From Dimorphilus gyrociliatus (Eukaryota; Animalia; Annelida): a stretch of DNA of 64,000 nucleotides. Both the position numbers and the translations under genes were made by a program. The stretch is taken from the NCBI GenBank assembly GCA_904063045.1, contig CAJFCJ010000009.1, forward strand, positions 1,034,942 to 1,098,941, written 5' to 3'. Positions 1-13,709 of this stretch are shown here, in pieces. The first letter of the stretch is position 1. Every line of letters begins with the position of its first letter. Below the pieces are notes generated by a model that saw nothing but the letters and a program-made list of their open reading frames with translations, had not been told where the DNA came from and ran no database searches.

Positions 1-35
1 GCCCTCTCAATCAATTTTTGTATTATATGTTATAG

Positions 36-725
36 GTATTCATGGATTTACCATCAACAAAAGGCTATTTACAGAGCCGATTTATTCAGACGAACAAGGA
101 AGAAGTGTCTGTCCTGTTTGTCATACCACTCGAAAAGAGCCTGTTGAAGATGATCCTGGTTTTGTTAGGTTCATACAACTAACTTGAAACTTCAAGCATT
201 TTTTTAAAAAAATTAATGTACAGAGTCAGCATTCCTCGTTCCACACTAGAACAAGCTTATCGATTCCGTCCTCGAGCCAAAGGTTATTATGAAGGGACTG
301 ATTCTTGCTCTTTGGCCGCGGTAAGTTCAATTCTAAAGTCAATTTACGTTATATATATACAGTATATTTAAATCTTTTAGCATTGCCAAACTGGATGGGA
401 AATCTGTCAACCACATATTAAAAAGCCGCCTTCGAATTTGGATTTAAAATATTCTAAGAGAAATCCTGGAGATTTTGTAACTATTGTTTATGCATATAAA
501 TTTATATATATATACTGCGTATAAATTTTCTCTGAAATTTAACTAAATATTTACTTGTAGACCGTCGCAGACGTGGAAAAAATTGCACAAAGTCATAGCA
601 GACGCTCTAGATTGACAGATGAACTCTTGGGAAAAGCCCATTCATTCCGTTTGGAACAAAATGGTAGAGAAGATAAAGAACATTTGAGTTTTAGCGGTGT
701 CTCAACAAGATACCCTGTTTTCTAG
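36..725 (+). CDS. MIIP: MIIP-like protein (migration and invasion inhibitory protein family), 3' exons only; gene starts before the window
   Basis: Exons 36-168, 224-320, 381-476 and 561-725 join via GT-AG to IHGFTINKRLFTEPIYSDEQGRSVCPVCHTTRKEPVEDDPGFVRVSIPRSTLEQAYRFRPRAKGYYEGTDSCSLAAHCQTGWEICQP.... This matches the MIIP conserved block as recalled (NRRLF..CRLC..VRVSIP.S.LE..HR......DT.AL..HCL.GW). Stop TAG at 723-725. Confidence 0.75.
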
Positions 726-1027
726 TTATTATTTGTTTCTATTTCAATTTGTTCTTTAAGTTTGAAACATAGACTGTTAATTCTCCATAATTTTTCTCTT
801 GAGAGATCTTCTATATTTATCTCCATATTTTTTTATTATCTCAGCTCAATCCTATTGTGCGATTCAGTGATACTTTTTATACAGGTATAAATCTGAGAAA
901 TTTATGGCTTGCGAATTTTTAATCTGAAAAATAAATGATCACCTCTTAAATCTATTCATGAAAAATTTATAATGAAATGAAGATTTAATTTTACTAAATG
1001 TGCTTTAAGCGTATATTTCGTAGAGTA

Positions 1028-2333
<1,306 letters not shown>

Positions 2334-2962
2334 TTCTGAATTTGAGACTAATTGAAGTAAGAGACCACGTCAGTATTGCAGTGACGTTCGAATCTGATAC
2401 TGATACAATTGAGCGATATTTGGGAGGAGTTACGAATTAGTTTTTATTGAAGGATCAACAATTTTTTAATACTTTTTTTTTCATGAAAGCAAAAAAATTA
2501 AATTAAATAATTTTTGTTTTTAAAATATCATATATCAGAAAGAAATAAAGTCAAAAAGAGAAAATTTAATAACAGCAAAGTGTACTCCTAGTTTAGCTGT
2601 CTGCTAAAAGTATGGTTTCATCTCTTAAAACGATCTTAAGAATTCCACGCAAAATTTGGAAAAGTTAAAAAGTTCATCGAATTTTAGGTTTCGGGTTTCT
2701 AATATTCAAAAAGAGTACTTTAGATCAGGGCAAAGATTAGCTTATTGAAAATGTGTGCAACTGAATACGCTTGCATGCAACTCAAAAATAGTTTGTAATT
2801 GTAGTGTATTCATTCACTTTCAATTGAAATGTAAACGATCATATGTTGAAATTTTCCAAAAAATAGGACTTAGCGCATATAATTGTTGCATAATTCATAC
2901 AAAACAATTTAAACCATATTTTAATTTTTTATCTATTATTTACCGTGCTCTAAAGTCTATTT

Positions 2963-5860
2963 TTATAGTTTAATTAAGCCTGTGACCCCATCAACAATAC
3001 ATCTGGCAGAAATTCCAAACTTGTCCAGAAGTTCATCAGCCTTTCCTGATCTTGGTAGGCCTGTTACTGCCAAGATCTTAACAACAACATCTTTTTCTTC
3101 AGACAAAGCAGCCGAAACGGCTTCTCCAATACCTCCTTGAGGGTAATGGTCTTCAACGGTGAGGACTTTTCCTCCAGTAGACTTTGCGCAATCAGCAAGA
3201 GTTTGCTTATCGATTGGCTTAATAGTAAATGGATCCACTAATCTGACATTAATTCCATTGGCTGCAAGCTGTGTTTAAATTTTAAAGATAAAAATATCTT
3301 AATACAAATACTATCATAAAAACCTGATCAGCAGCCTTCACTGCCTCGACCATAGTTACTCCCGATGCGACGATTGTTACTTGATCAATATTTGATTGAC
3401 GAACGATCTTTGCTTTTCCAACTTCGAATGTTTCATCATTTTTGTATAAGACAGGAAAGTTTGGTCGGCTAGTTCTAATAAAGCAAATACCCTTTGTATT
3501 TGCAGCCAATTCAACAGCTCTCTCAGTTGAAACAGCATCGCTAGGATAGAAAACAGTCGAACCGGAAACTGCTCTAAACATAGCCAAGTCTTCTAAAGCC
3601 ATCTGAGAAGGTCCATCTTCTCCGATTGAGATACCAGCATGAGAGCCGGCAAAGTTAACATTTGTCATAGAGAGAGCTCCCATTCTGATTTGATCGTAAG
3701 CTCTGGAGAGGAAAGCTGCAAAAGTAGAAACAAAAGCAACTGTTCTGTCGCGAGTAGCGCAACCCATGGCTACACCGACGAGATTTTGTTCAGCAATGTA
3801 GCATTCAATAAATCGTTCTGGAAAAGCTTCTCGAAACTTCAGAGAGAAGGTTGAATTCTTAGTATCACCATCCAGGGCAACAACGTGTTTAGAGTTTTTG
3901 CCGATCTTAGCCAAAGCTGTTCCATAGGCAGCTCTAGTGGCAACTTTTTGCCCGATCTCATAGTTGGGACTATCAGATAGCCTAATGTTGCTTATGTCAT
4001 TGTGAGGAACTTGCATAGTTGGTGTAGCAGGATAAATACCGTGAGGTCCAGAATTGATGATATTCTTTTTGATAACCTCTAGTGCTTCTGCACTTTTTGC
4101 ACCGATTGGTTTGCCATGCCAGTTGTCTTCATCTTCAATACCATTTATTCCCTTGCCTTTAAGGGTTTTAGCGATGATACAAGTTGGTTTATCCTCTGTA
4201 GTACGAGCCTCATGCAAAGCCTTACATAAGGATTCAACGCAATGTCCATCAACAACATGAGTTTTCCATCTAAGGAATTTTTATTATTATAAAATAAGTT
4301 TTAGAAGTAAATTCTTTAAGCTTACCCAAAGCTTTCTAATCGTCTTTGGTAGACTGCTACGTCATGTCCAAAGGCCGTAGCTTCACTTTGACCAAGTCTA
4401 TTAACATCAAAGATAGCAACCAAGTTGTCCAATTTATTATTGCTTGCGAAAGCCAAGGCCTCCCAAATCGAACCTTCAGCACTCTCTCCATCACCGATGA
4501 CACAATAAACGCGATAACTATTAGAAACATTAACGATCAGAAGGTCGCTTTTAAATCAGCAGATGATTTGAGATAAGATCACTTACTCGGCCTTATCCCA
4601 GTACTTTCCTGTGTATGCCATGCCGGCAGCACAAGACAATCCTTGACCCAGTGATCCTGTTGCGACATCAACGAAATTCAAACGAGGAGTAGGATGACCT
4701 GATGAAGTCAAATTGTACAATAATTGAAGAAACATTAATATTGTGTGAATTATATTATGCATAAAAATGGAGAAAAAAAGAAATTAGTACCTTCCAAATC
4801 AGAGTCGATCTTTCTCAAGTTCAAGAGATCTGAAGTTGGGAAAAGGCCAGCTTCAGCCCAAGCACCATACAAGATTGGGGCAGCGTGACCCTGTTTGAGG
4901 ACAATATGTTTAAAGTGTGCGCGATTATGACTAATTACAGTCAAAAAAAGCCCTTGAGCAGTGAAAATGACCTTTTCTCATATTCTGAATAACAATCTAT
5001 TTATTTAAAGGCGAAGTCAAGTCGCATCACTTCGCTGTTCACAAATTATATTTATATAAACTGATTTCTTTTATAATTTTAACTAAAAAAGCCTTTGGAA
5101 AGGCTGCAGATGTCTTCACTATTTGACAGATATACAAGACGGTTCTTTTAATAACTTATCAGCTGTCACTTTCTTAAGAGAAGTTAGGTTCAAATTTCAC
5201 CTATTACCCAAGAGGCTCCAAGATATTAAAAAATACATACTTTAGACAATACAAATCTGTCATTAGACGGACTGCGGGGATCATCTACTCGGTACTTCAT
5301 TGTATGGAAAAAGAGGACAGACATAATTTCGGCCATAGAACAGCATGATGTTGGATGTCTGAAAAATTATATAATATGTTACATAAAATGTTCAATCTGT
5401 TTATATGCTATTCATAATTCTTTGTTGAATAGTCATATGAGAAAATCAGGCCTATTGCTTCAAATCTATCGATAATAGTCTATTAATTTATCTAGGTAAA
5501 TGTGCTTAACTGTGTATTTGAAAAAGTATATAATTATTTTCCACATATCTAATTTCTTCGAAAACAAAAATTTGCTTCCACAAGTAAGCAAATCTCACAG
5601 GGGTATGTTCGAATTGTCAGACGAATTAAATGTATTTTGGCTGGAAAGAAGTTTTGAAGCCGACAGCGTATAAAAAGTAATGGCTCTTCGCCGGTCTCTC
5701 AAGAGCATAAAAAGTACAAATTGATTTCAATTATCAAATTAGCCATATCTTACCCCGAATTACTAGCGTTCGTTGATTCAATAGAATGAATACGTAGCTT
5801 GTTAGCTATGTCTTTTAAAGTTTGCACGGTTTTCGAGTCGGGACGGTGATAATCGGCCAT
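2963..5860 (-). CDS. TKT: Transketolase (TPP-dependent), spliced
   Basis: ATG at 5860 gives [36 protein letters not shown]|[15 protein letters not shown]|GHAAPILY. Also contains [30 protein letters not shown] and [15 protein letters not shown]. Confidence 0.97.
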
Positions 5861-6460
5861 CTTGTCGGAAAGTGAGCACGTGATTGTTTTCAACGTTCGA
5901 CTTGCTTGTACAGTAGCGGCATCTGACGAGATCGATCACCTTGAAGGCCTACAAGTGTACTTAAAACACGTGAAAGATCAGTCTTACGTTTCTGTTTTGT
6001 ATAGAATTATTTAAATCAAATGGATACATTTTCATTTATATTTAGCACATTTATATATAAGATTTTTATGTACTTGAAAAACGTCAATTTCTTTTTTTGC
6101 TGTTGTAAATACTAAGATAAAAATAACAAAATGCACTAATTTCTTTAAATGTAAAATTTGATTACATAGAGAATTTAGACATTTGATGACACTTGAAAAA
6201 GTCTGTTTTATTATTAGATAAAATATTCTACTTTTTTGACCTTAACGATAAATTTCATAAAGAGAAAAAAAGAGTAATAAACTTGCAGTACCAGCCTGTC
6301 TACCACTTAAAAAAACAAGCTATTTTATATACATTTTGATATAAACAGTTAGCTAACAAAAATATTTATTGATTCTTAAACAAGATAGCTATTTTAAACT
6401 TAAAAAAGTTATTTTCTGACTTTCCCTAAGTGTGTTAAAAAAAAGTGCAGTCCAAGTAAG

Positions 6461-9400
6461 CTATTCAAGTGATACGTAAGAAACCTTCGAGGCTAGTTCT
6501 TGAATTTCTTCGTCACTGCTATAATCTTTATTAACGGCGCTAACTATTCTTTTAATAACAACCTCTGCTGCAAAATTTCTTTGTTTTCTCTCATTTTCTT
6601 CCATCAATTTTGCATAGCTATCAAATACTGATAAAGTATCCAACACAGCTTCTAGAACTATTTTGCATGCTTCTCTATCACGATACCAATCAGATTTTTG
6701 AGTATCACAATTAAGAGCTTTTACGTAATATTGGAGAGCCTGATAAAAAGAATAATTTTATTAGTGGATTCATTGTTTGAAGATTTATCAACAAACCCGA
6801 TCTACGTCTACAGCTGAATCAGATACACTAAGTAGGAGTTCACCGTATTTTCGCCAAACTAATCCATCAGTGGTAACCTTTGAGATCAGCCGTCCGAATA
6901 AAACAGCCAACTTTGGTATGTAGTTGCTAGCCTGCTTTCCCGATTTGGTGGGTAACTTTTCAATGGCTGCCCGAACCAAAATAACCAGAACTCCAGTGTC
7001 CACATAGCCTGAAGAAATAAAAGAAATCGGGCTTTTTCAACAAAGTAAAAATCATAACTTACGTTCTTTTAAATCAAGAAGACGATTCCATGCTGTAATT
7101 GCCCAATCAAATTCACTGACATCAGTTGCAACCCACAGCATATTCTCCCAAAGTCTCCAATTCTCATAGTCACATTTAATCGCTTCTTGTAAAGCTGAGA
7201 AAGCTCGATCTCTGCTCGAAAGTATATAAGTTAGTTAATCGGAAATGCCATATAATTCACAACATTGTCTACTTACTTTTTTTTTAAGCGTATATAACAA
7301 TTTGTCAAATTGGCCCACGCCTCAAAATTCTATAGAAAAAACAAAACATGACAGTAAATAATTGACATAAATTACTCATTTCATTCAAATGTCACACGAC
7401 AAACGCCTTTGTCAATAGGCTGCCAGCTGACGAGTTTACCATATAATAGAAGCTTAATAGCTAATTGTCATTCGTTTTACAATCGTTAATTGTTCTTACA
7501 CAACTATGAATCCGTATAGAACTCGTATGGCCGCCCATCCTCATCCTGAAGCACTTGGTGAGGACAGACCAACAAATGTCATTAAGTTTGTTAAAGATTT
7601 GCGACGAGCAATGTCTCACATTGACGATGATTTAGAAAAGTTGACATGGTATTATAATGACGCTAAAAGAAAATTGGATCGATTGGAAAACTCAACGAGA
7701 TCAATTCCGGCTCAAAGATTGCAACGAGTAAAGTTTCAATTAGCTTGGATAGAGATTATACAAGACAGTCTTCGAACGTATGCAATCGAAAAATTTGTTC
7801 AACCAGCTTGGGAAATACTCATAAGAAATGGTCCACAGCATTTACATTTTTTAGATTACGTCTTTGCTCAATACGGACAATTTCGTCAAACTCGGTGGGA
7901 TGTTAATTTACGCCAAGTAATCATTACAACAAATTAGAGACTTACATCTGAATCAATCTGTACGCAAGTTCGAAATGCTCTAGATCCCTCTTCAAACTCT
8001 TCACTCGCCATACAGGCGCAACCATATGAAAACCAAACTCCTACCTAAAAAAATAAGATATATTATATATACATATAGATTGAGAATTCATTGCATTACG
8101 ATTTATGAAGTGAATATAAGTTTATTTTATTCAAACCTGAAGAAAGTTTATATTCAATGCTTTCTTAAAACAGTCTAAAGATTCCTTAAATTTTCGCCTA
8201 TGTACTCGTAATAAGGCTAAATTTCTCATTGCTCTCGCTAGCTTTCCATTGGACATTTCCCAAGCTTTGAGATAGTGCTCTTCCTCATTTGTTACCTGTA
8301 AATCAAATCGCAGAGTTTATAAGTAAAGAGAATTAAAGAATTAGTAGAGAATCATATAAAAGAATATTACATCTCCAAGAAAACTATACAATAATGGGGT
8401 TTCTTCCTCTTCTAAGCATTTCCTAATAATCTCTTCGGCCTTTAGATTCAAAGTTAAATTTAATTGTTCAGCTAACTGCTATTTAAGAGATTCATACCTT
8501 TCCAACTCTACCCATTTTCTGATAAGTTTTTATAGCATCTTCCCAGAGTTCTAATCTTATAAAAACATCCAAAGCTGCATTAGTAGAGCCAAGTTGAAGG
8601 AAAAAGTAGGCTAGCTCTTTCTGTTCAATAATAATTAGTCAGAAACATTAAAATTCAAAGAAAAGCCTTTACCTCAACTTCCCATATTGGAGGTAAATTT
8701 AAACAATAGACATAATGTAATCTGCTCTCCCAATCTGTCTCTTCTGAAGCTTTCAAATATTGGCTGACTAGATGCTAATAATATATAAACAAAGAGATAT
8801 TATCGTTTATATATATTATAGTAAGGGCTTACTTCTAGTTGGGCTATACTGCGCTCGACTCTTCTCATAGAATCACTCTCCCAATCGGTTCGCATTAAGA
8901 GGGCTTTATATTGGACAGCCCAGCATGATGGTGACTTTAAAACTCTTTGAACATAAGCCAAGCATTCTTCCTTGATAATATCGCCTTGGCCTTCCCTCAC
9001 TTTCCGATGATTAAAGCTTTAACAGTAAAACAATTTAGATAATAATAGTATAAATTAACAATATTTCACCATAATCCTAAAATTACAGCAGATTCGTGCG
9101 GTTTCAAATTGATGTCTCCACCATACTCTTTTTCATTCTCCAATAGATTCATTTTATCAAGCACAGCTTCATCATTTAATTGGCAGTCTATGGGTAAGGC
9201 ACTTAGATCAATTACAGGCATATTATCTTCGTCATCATCGGATAATCTTTTTATTTTTAGCACCAACTGAGATTTCTCACTAGTTTGAAATCTGGTACGT
9301 TTACCCATTACACCTATAATATCATAAAATATGACGTTAAAATGAATGAAAGATTATGTTAAGTAAATTAACGATATACCTGTGAGTTCACATTTCAAAC

Positions 9401-10464
9401 CACTCTGTTTTACAGCTTCCATAAAATTCTCTCTTGCTAAGCTAGACTCATAATAGAAATATTCTAAATAGCCGATTTGTAAGAGACAATTAACTTTTAA
9501 AACTTTGGGAATTAAATCGCTTTTAAATCTTTCCGAGAAAGCTTCGACGCACTCTTTGAAAATAGATTTTAAACTTGCTGATCTCTCCTCTAATAGAGCT
9601 TGATGAGCTCTAACGTATCGCAACCTAGATACAAATGGAAGCTGAAAACGTTTGATATAGATTATTAAAGGCAGTTAGTATCGGCAATGTTTTCAAATTG
9701 ACAAATTAATTACCAATAAAAGGCTAGATGAATCCTTAAGCTCCACAAATATTATTCTCGCTAGATATAAATATTCGGGGGCGTAGCACAACTTATAAGC
9801 TGTTTGTCCATCAATCCCCAAAGCATTGACAGCATTTTTACGAAATATCTGAAAATGAAAATTTTTATTAAAATTTAATTATATATCATATTATAAAAAG
9901 GTAACAGTTACGTTTAGGTTAATACTTTGCAACTGAGGTTTTAATTTGAATAATAGCTTATTCTCATCGCATCTTGGTCCTGTCCAATTGTTTTTTGTGA
10001 ATAATTTCAAGGCTGTATTTCCCACATCATGCAGCTGAACTTTACTTTAAGAAAAGAAAACAATACATTCTTAAGAATAACTATGGGATGTATAATAGCT
10101 ACATAGTAAAGCTTTCCATCTCATTAGTACATTGCTGGAGTTTCGAAGCTGCATTTTTTAAGATAACTTCTCTAAATTCCTCTGTACTTTCGTTCTTTAT
10201 TCCCTCAAATAAATAGGATACTTCCTCAGATGCCAAAAACTCAACGTTTTTACCCGTATTTTCAAAATTGTCTATAAATAATTGAAAATTATTAGATTAT
10301 CGCTCAACTTATGGTGAGAATTACTTTTGTCAGACAAATCCATTAGGCTGTTTAAGTTGTATGTTACGATAATATCAAAAAAACTCTTAACAATTATCAC
10401 AGAAATAAGTTTTTTAGAGTTAACAAGTGCAAAACCGAAGAGCAATGGATTGAATTTCAACCAT
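6461..10464 (-). CDS. TTC27: Tetratricopeptide repeat protein 27, spliced; exact start exon uncertain
   Basis: Exons encode HQALLEERS, LTG..GKRTRFQ, WAVQYKALLMRTDWESDSMRRVERSIAQLE, VGVWFSYGCAC (exon 8044-7946), NFEAWANL, ALQEAIKCDYENWRLWEN and KVTTDGLVW, collinear with TTC27. Probable start MVEIQSIALR at 10464. Confidence 0.9.
7442..7473 (+). promoter_or_regulatory. TATA-like box plus initiator upstream of the nested ORF
   Basis: TATAATAG at 7442 and TCATTC (Inr consensus TCAKTY, +1 A at 7470) are 28 nt apart; ATG follows at 7506. Confidence 0.45.
7506..7937 (+). CDS. Intronless 143-aa orphan ORF nested antisense in a TTC27 intron; predicted helical protein of unknown function
   Basis: ATG-initiated with A at -3, 432 nt without stops in AT-rich DNA, visibly GC-richer than neighbouring introns. 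It lies wholly inside the 616-nt TTC27 intron 7330-7945. Confidence 0.65.
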   Translation: MNPYRTRMAAHPHPEALGEDRPTNVIKFVKDLRRAMSHIDDDLEKLTWYYNDAKRKLDRLENSTRSIPAQRLQRVKFQLAWIEIIQDSLRTYAIEKFVQPAWEILIRNGPQHLHFLDYVFAQYGQFRQTRWDVNLRQVIITTN

Positions 10465-11306
10465 GTGTTTTCTTTCGTAAAAAATAGAAAGATTTCGTAT
10501 CATGCAGAATTAAACTTCCGGTTTCAACGCGCGTTTATTTAAAATCCAATATGAAACTTAATAACAATAGCTTTTAGATTCTGATAGGCATATTGTAGAT
10601 CAACCACAAACTATAAAACAGACTATATATGAGTTTTTTTTATGGAATTCGAGTACCCTTAAAATACTTAGACTAAAAAAGCTACATTGATATTTCTGTT
10701 GATAAATCTAATTACAGTTGACTACTTATAAGTTTATTTTTAGACAAGATGTATTTTTAAATTAGCAAATGTCGCGACTCAGAGTAATATAGAGAAAGAT
10801 CAAATTTCTCATCATGCGCTCGCTGTGGGTTTTCTTTGAAGTCTCATAGCTATTTTCTAATTGACTGTCCATTCAGAGTAAAAACTATCAATCAAATACG
10901 AGAATTATGAAAGAGAAAGTTATTTATCAAATAAAAATGAGCTATTCTCTTCTCTGTTTTAATCTTCGACAACAAAGATTTGCTGAAGGTCTATATTTAA
11001 AGTGTAACAAATTATGCAACATCAACGCCGTCTAGTGTGACAACGAGCACTTCAACCTCTTTAGACGGCTGCTCTCCAAAGAGAATTGAAATAATGAAGT
11101 GTCGATATGATATGGTATTTCTTTTTATTTCTGTATAGTGTAATGTTATTTCTGAGTATACCATGGAAAATTAAATAATATATACTACTGTATATGTATA
11201 CGTTTTAGATATTAAGGAAACATAATCCAGTGCCGTTGTGAACGTTCTTGCTATTCTAAGAAAAGAGCATCAATCAATAGACTTCCCCTTTGTACAAATA
11301 AGGATT

Positions 11307-13709
11307 ATGTTGGCCGGGATTTTTCTGTTCTTCCTGCGCATTTGCCTAGGTTTTGGAAAATACTCAATTAATTTTTCAATTTTGGATCAAACTCCGCCGA
11401 AAACTGTAGTTGGCTATGTCCTAAAATCAAAAGAATCTAAGGCAGATTTTAGACTCTTCGAAACTTCTGAAATGGATTTTTCAAAAAATTTTAGTCTAGG
11501 GAAATTTGGTGAACTGAAGACAGAAACAACTATCGATAGAGATTATATATGTACGAACAAAGAAACTTGCCTAATTAAATTAGAAGGAGGAATGGTTCGT
11601 GGGCGTAGTTTTCAACTGTTACCTATAACAGTTCAAATTCGAGATATCAACGACAACAATCCGAAATTCCCCTTTAAAAGTTTACGAAAATATATATCTG
11701 AATCTGCGAGGCCAGAACATTATATTAGTATACCGAAGGCATACGATCCTGACAAACCTGAATTTAGTATTAAATCCTACAAATTGAATGTTCAACCAAT
11801 ATTTTCATTAAGAGTTACAAGTAATGATCTTCGATTAGTTTTACGAACGACACTAGACAGAGAAAAAGTTAGCAAGTATAATCTGAAATTGACTGCAATA
11901 GATGGTGGCAGACCTAGGAAAACTGGTTCAATGAGAATTCATATAATCGTGGAAGATTCTAACGATAATGAGCCAGTTTTCGACAAAAAATTTAGAAAAG
12001 TAGTTGTTTACGAAGATTTTCCTCATAGGAAAGTCTTGGCGAAAGTCCGTGCGACAGATAAAGATAAAGGAGAAAATGCTCGAATAACTTATAAATTTAC
12101 ACCCAGAACTGAATTGAATTTCGGTGACATTTTTTCTCTAGATCCTATATCCGGTGAGATAAGAACGAAAGTGTCGCTGGATTACGAAAGTAATCCGAAT
12201 TACGAGCTATCTATTCTGGCAATCGACAATGGCAATAGTCCTAAATCTGCTGAAACCCAATTACAGATTAGAGTCATCGATCTTAACGATAATCCGCCAA
12301 TGATTCACGTTATTAAGGTTGACGTCGCGGAGAATTCGGAGAAAGGAACTTTCGCTGCCCAAATAACTGTACGTGATGCAGATAAAGGCGAGAATGGCCG
12401 AATAAGTTGTCAAATGAACTCTTCGACCTTTCATTTATATGTAATTAATAAAAATCGATATCAGATTAATACTTGGAAGCCTTTGGATCGAGAAATCCGA
12501 GATACTTATTCTTTGATCATTGAGTGCAAGGATTTTGGAAAAAATGTACAAATATCCAAAAGGGAAATAATAATTAAAGTCCTGGATATTAATGATAATC
12601 CACCAAGTTGGAAAAAGCAAATAAAAACTACATTAAAAATTCCAGAAAATCTAGCAATTGGAGAGAAAATTGCTGATTTCTCGGCTTTCGATCCGGACTT
12701 GAAAGAAAACGGAACTGTGCGTTATTCGGTAGAACAATTAAATTACAAACACATTCCCCTGGTGGAAATTGAAAGTTCTACCGGTATACTTAGAAGTGCT
12801 AATGAAATGGATCGTGAAAAAATCGATATGATTCAAATGAAAATAACTGCGAGAGATCTAGGCAAGATCCCTCTAAAAGCATCGCTCAATGTAACTCTTA
12901 AGATAGAAGACGAGGACGATAATGATCCAAAGTTTTCCAAACAATTCTACAATTTCTACGTTTACGAAAACGAGCCTATTGGTAAATTTGTAGGACTTAT
13001 TGAATGTACAGATGCTGATGTATCATTTAAAGAGGCAAACTTTAAACTTGATAAGTCTCTAGATTATAAATCCTTTACAATAGATAGGAAGGGTTCTATA
13101 AGAACAAAAAAAGTTTTCGACAGGGAAAGAAGGAAAGACTATAATATTAAAGTTGTTGTGGCCAAATCATCAGTATATGTGCAAGTTTCAATTTTGGATA
13201 AGAATGACAACCCTCCTATATTCATAGGTCCCAAAAGAATGCATTTAAGCAGATACACTAGGATAGGGACTGCTGTAAAAAAATTAAAAGTCATTGACGC
13301 CGATGCTGGGAAAAATGGTGTGTTAATTTACTCTATTTTAGACGATAATCGATTTTTTTGGGTTCATACGGAAACTGGTGTGATAACTGTTATAGGTGAT
13401 CTGACGGAAGCTTCCAATCAAGTAATCGAATTGAACATTAATATATCGGACTGTGGAGAAGAGAAACAATCGTTAAAAATTAATTTCCAAATATTTCTCA
13501 ATGAGACGCAAACGCTAAAACGTTCCAATTTAGACGCTCCCAATATAGAATTTCTAATTAGCGCGGCGTTTATATTTCTAATTCTTTTCGTTTTCCTGTT
13601 AGTTTTCAGTGTTATTATCATTCGTAAACGTTTTAAACTACGACGAGGCAGTAGTAATTCAGCAAAATTTCCAGCACAATCTAGCCAGGTACGAGAAACG
13701 TCTCTTTAG
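11307..13709 (+). CDS. Protocadherin with 7 cadherin (EC) repeats in one exon, signal peptide, TM helix and short tail
   Basis: First ATG at 11307 (MLAGIFLFFLRICLG signal peptide; the track's GTG start is not a likely eukaryotic start). Repeated DRE/DYE and DxNDNxP motifs, EC1 C-x5-C (CTNKETC), TM FLISAAFIFLILFVFLLVFSVIII, ending ...RETSL. Confidence 0.92.
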   Translation: MLAGIFLFFLRICLGFGKYSINFSILDQTPPKTVVGYVLKSKESKADFRLFETSEMDFSKNFSLGKFGELKTETTIDRDYICTNKETCLIKLEGGMVRGRSFQLLPITVQIRDINDNNPKFPFKSLRKYISESARPEHYISIPKAYDPDKPEFSIKSYKLNVQPIFSLRVTSNDLRLVLRTTLDREKVSKYNLKLTAIDGGRPRKTGSMRIHIIVEDSNDNEPVFDKKFRKVVVYEDFPHRKVLAKVRATDKDKGENARITYKFTPRTELNFGDIFSLDPISGEIRTKVSLDYESNPNYELSILAIDNGNSPKSAETQLQIRVIDLNDNPPMIHVIKVDVAENSEKGTFAAQITVRDADKGENGRISCQMNSSTFHLYVINKNRYQINTWKPLDREIRDTYSLIIECKDFGKNVQISKREIIIKVLDINDNPPSWKKQIKTTLKIPENLAIGEKIADFSAFDPDLKENGTVRYSVEQLNYKHIPLVEIESSTGILRSANEMDREKIDMIQMKITARDLGKIPLKASLNVTLKIEDEDDNDPKFSKQFYNFYVYENEPIGKFVGLIECTDADVSFKEANFKLDKSLDYKSFTIDRKGSIRTKKVFDRERRKDYNIKVVVAKSSVYVQVSILDKNDNPPIFIGPKRMHLSRYTRIGTAVKKLKVIDADAGKNGVLIYSILDDNRFFWVHTETGVITVIGDLTEASNQVIELNINISDCGEEKQSLKINFQIFLNETQTLKRSNLDAPNIEFLISAAFIFLILFVFLLVFSVIIIRKRFKLRRGSSNSAKFPAQSSQVRETSL

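Noticed and set aside
2380-2400. tRNA B-box-like GTTCGAATC
   Set aside because: No A-box or cloverleaf; it lies in the TMEM41A upstream region.
4892-5750. TPP riboswitch in transketolase introns (TKT is a TPP enzyme)
   Set aside because: The conserved order GCUGAGA ... ACCUGAU .. GGnUAAU..CC.GCGnAGG is not present; only scattered partial words occur, in the wrong order.
11238-11306. ORF-track N-terminal extension of the protocadherin from a GTG start
   Set aside because: Eukaryotic gene; the signal peptide begins at ATG 11307.
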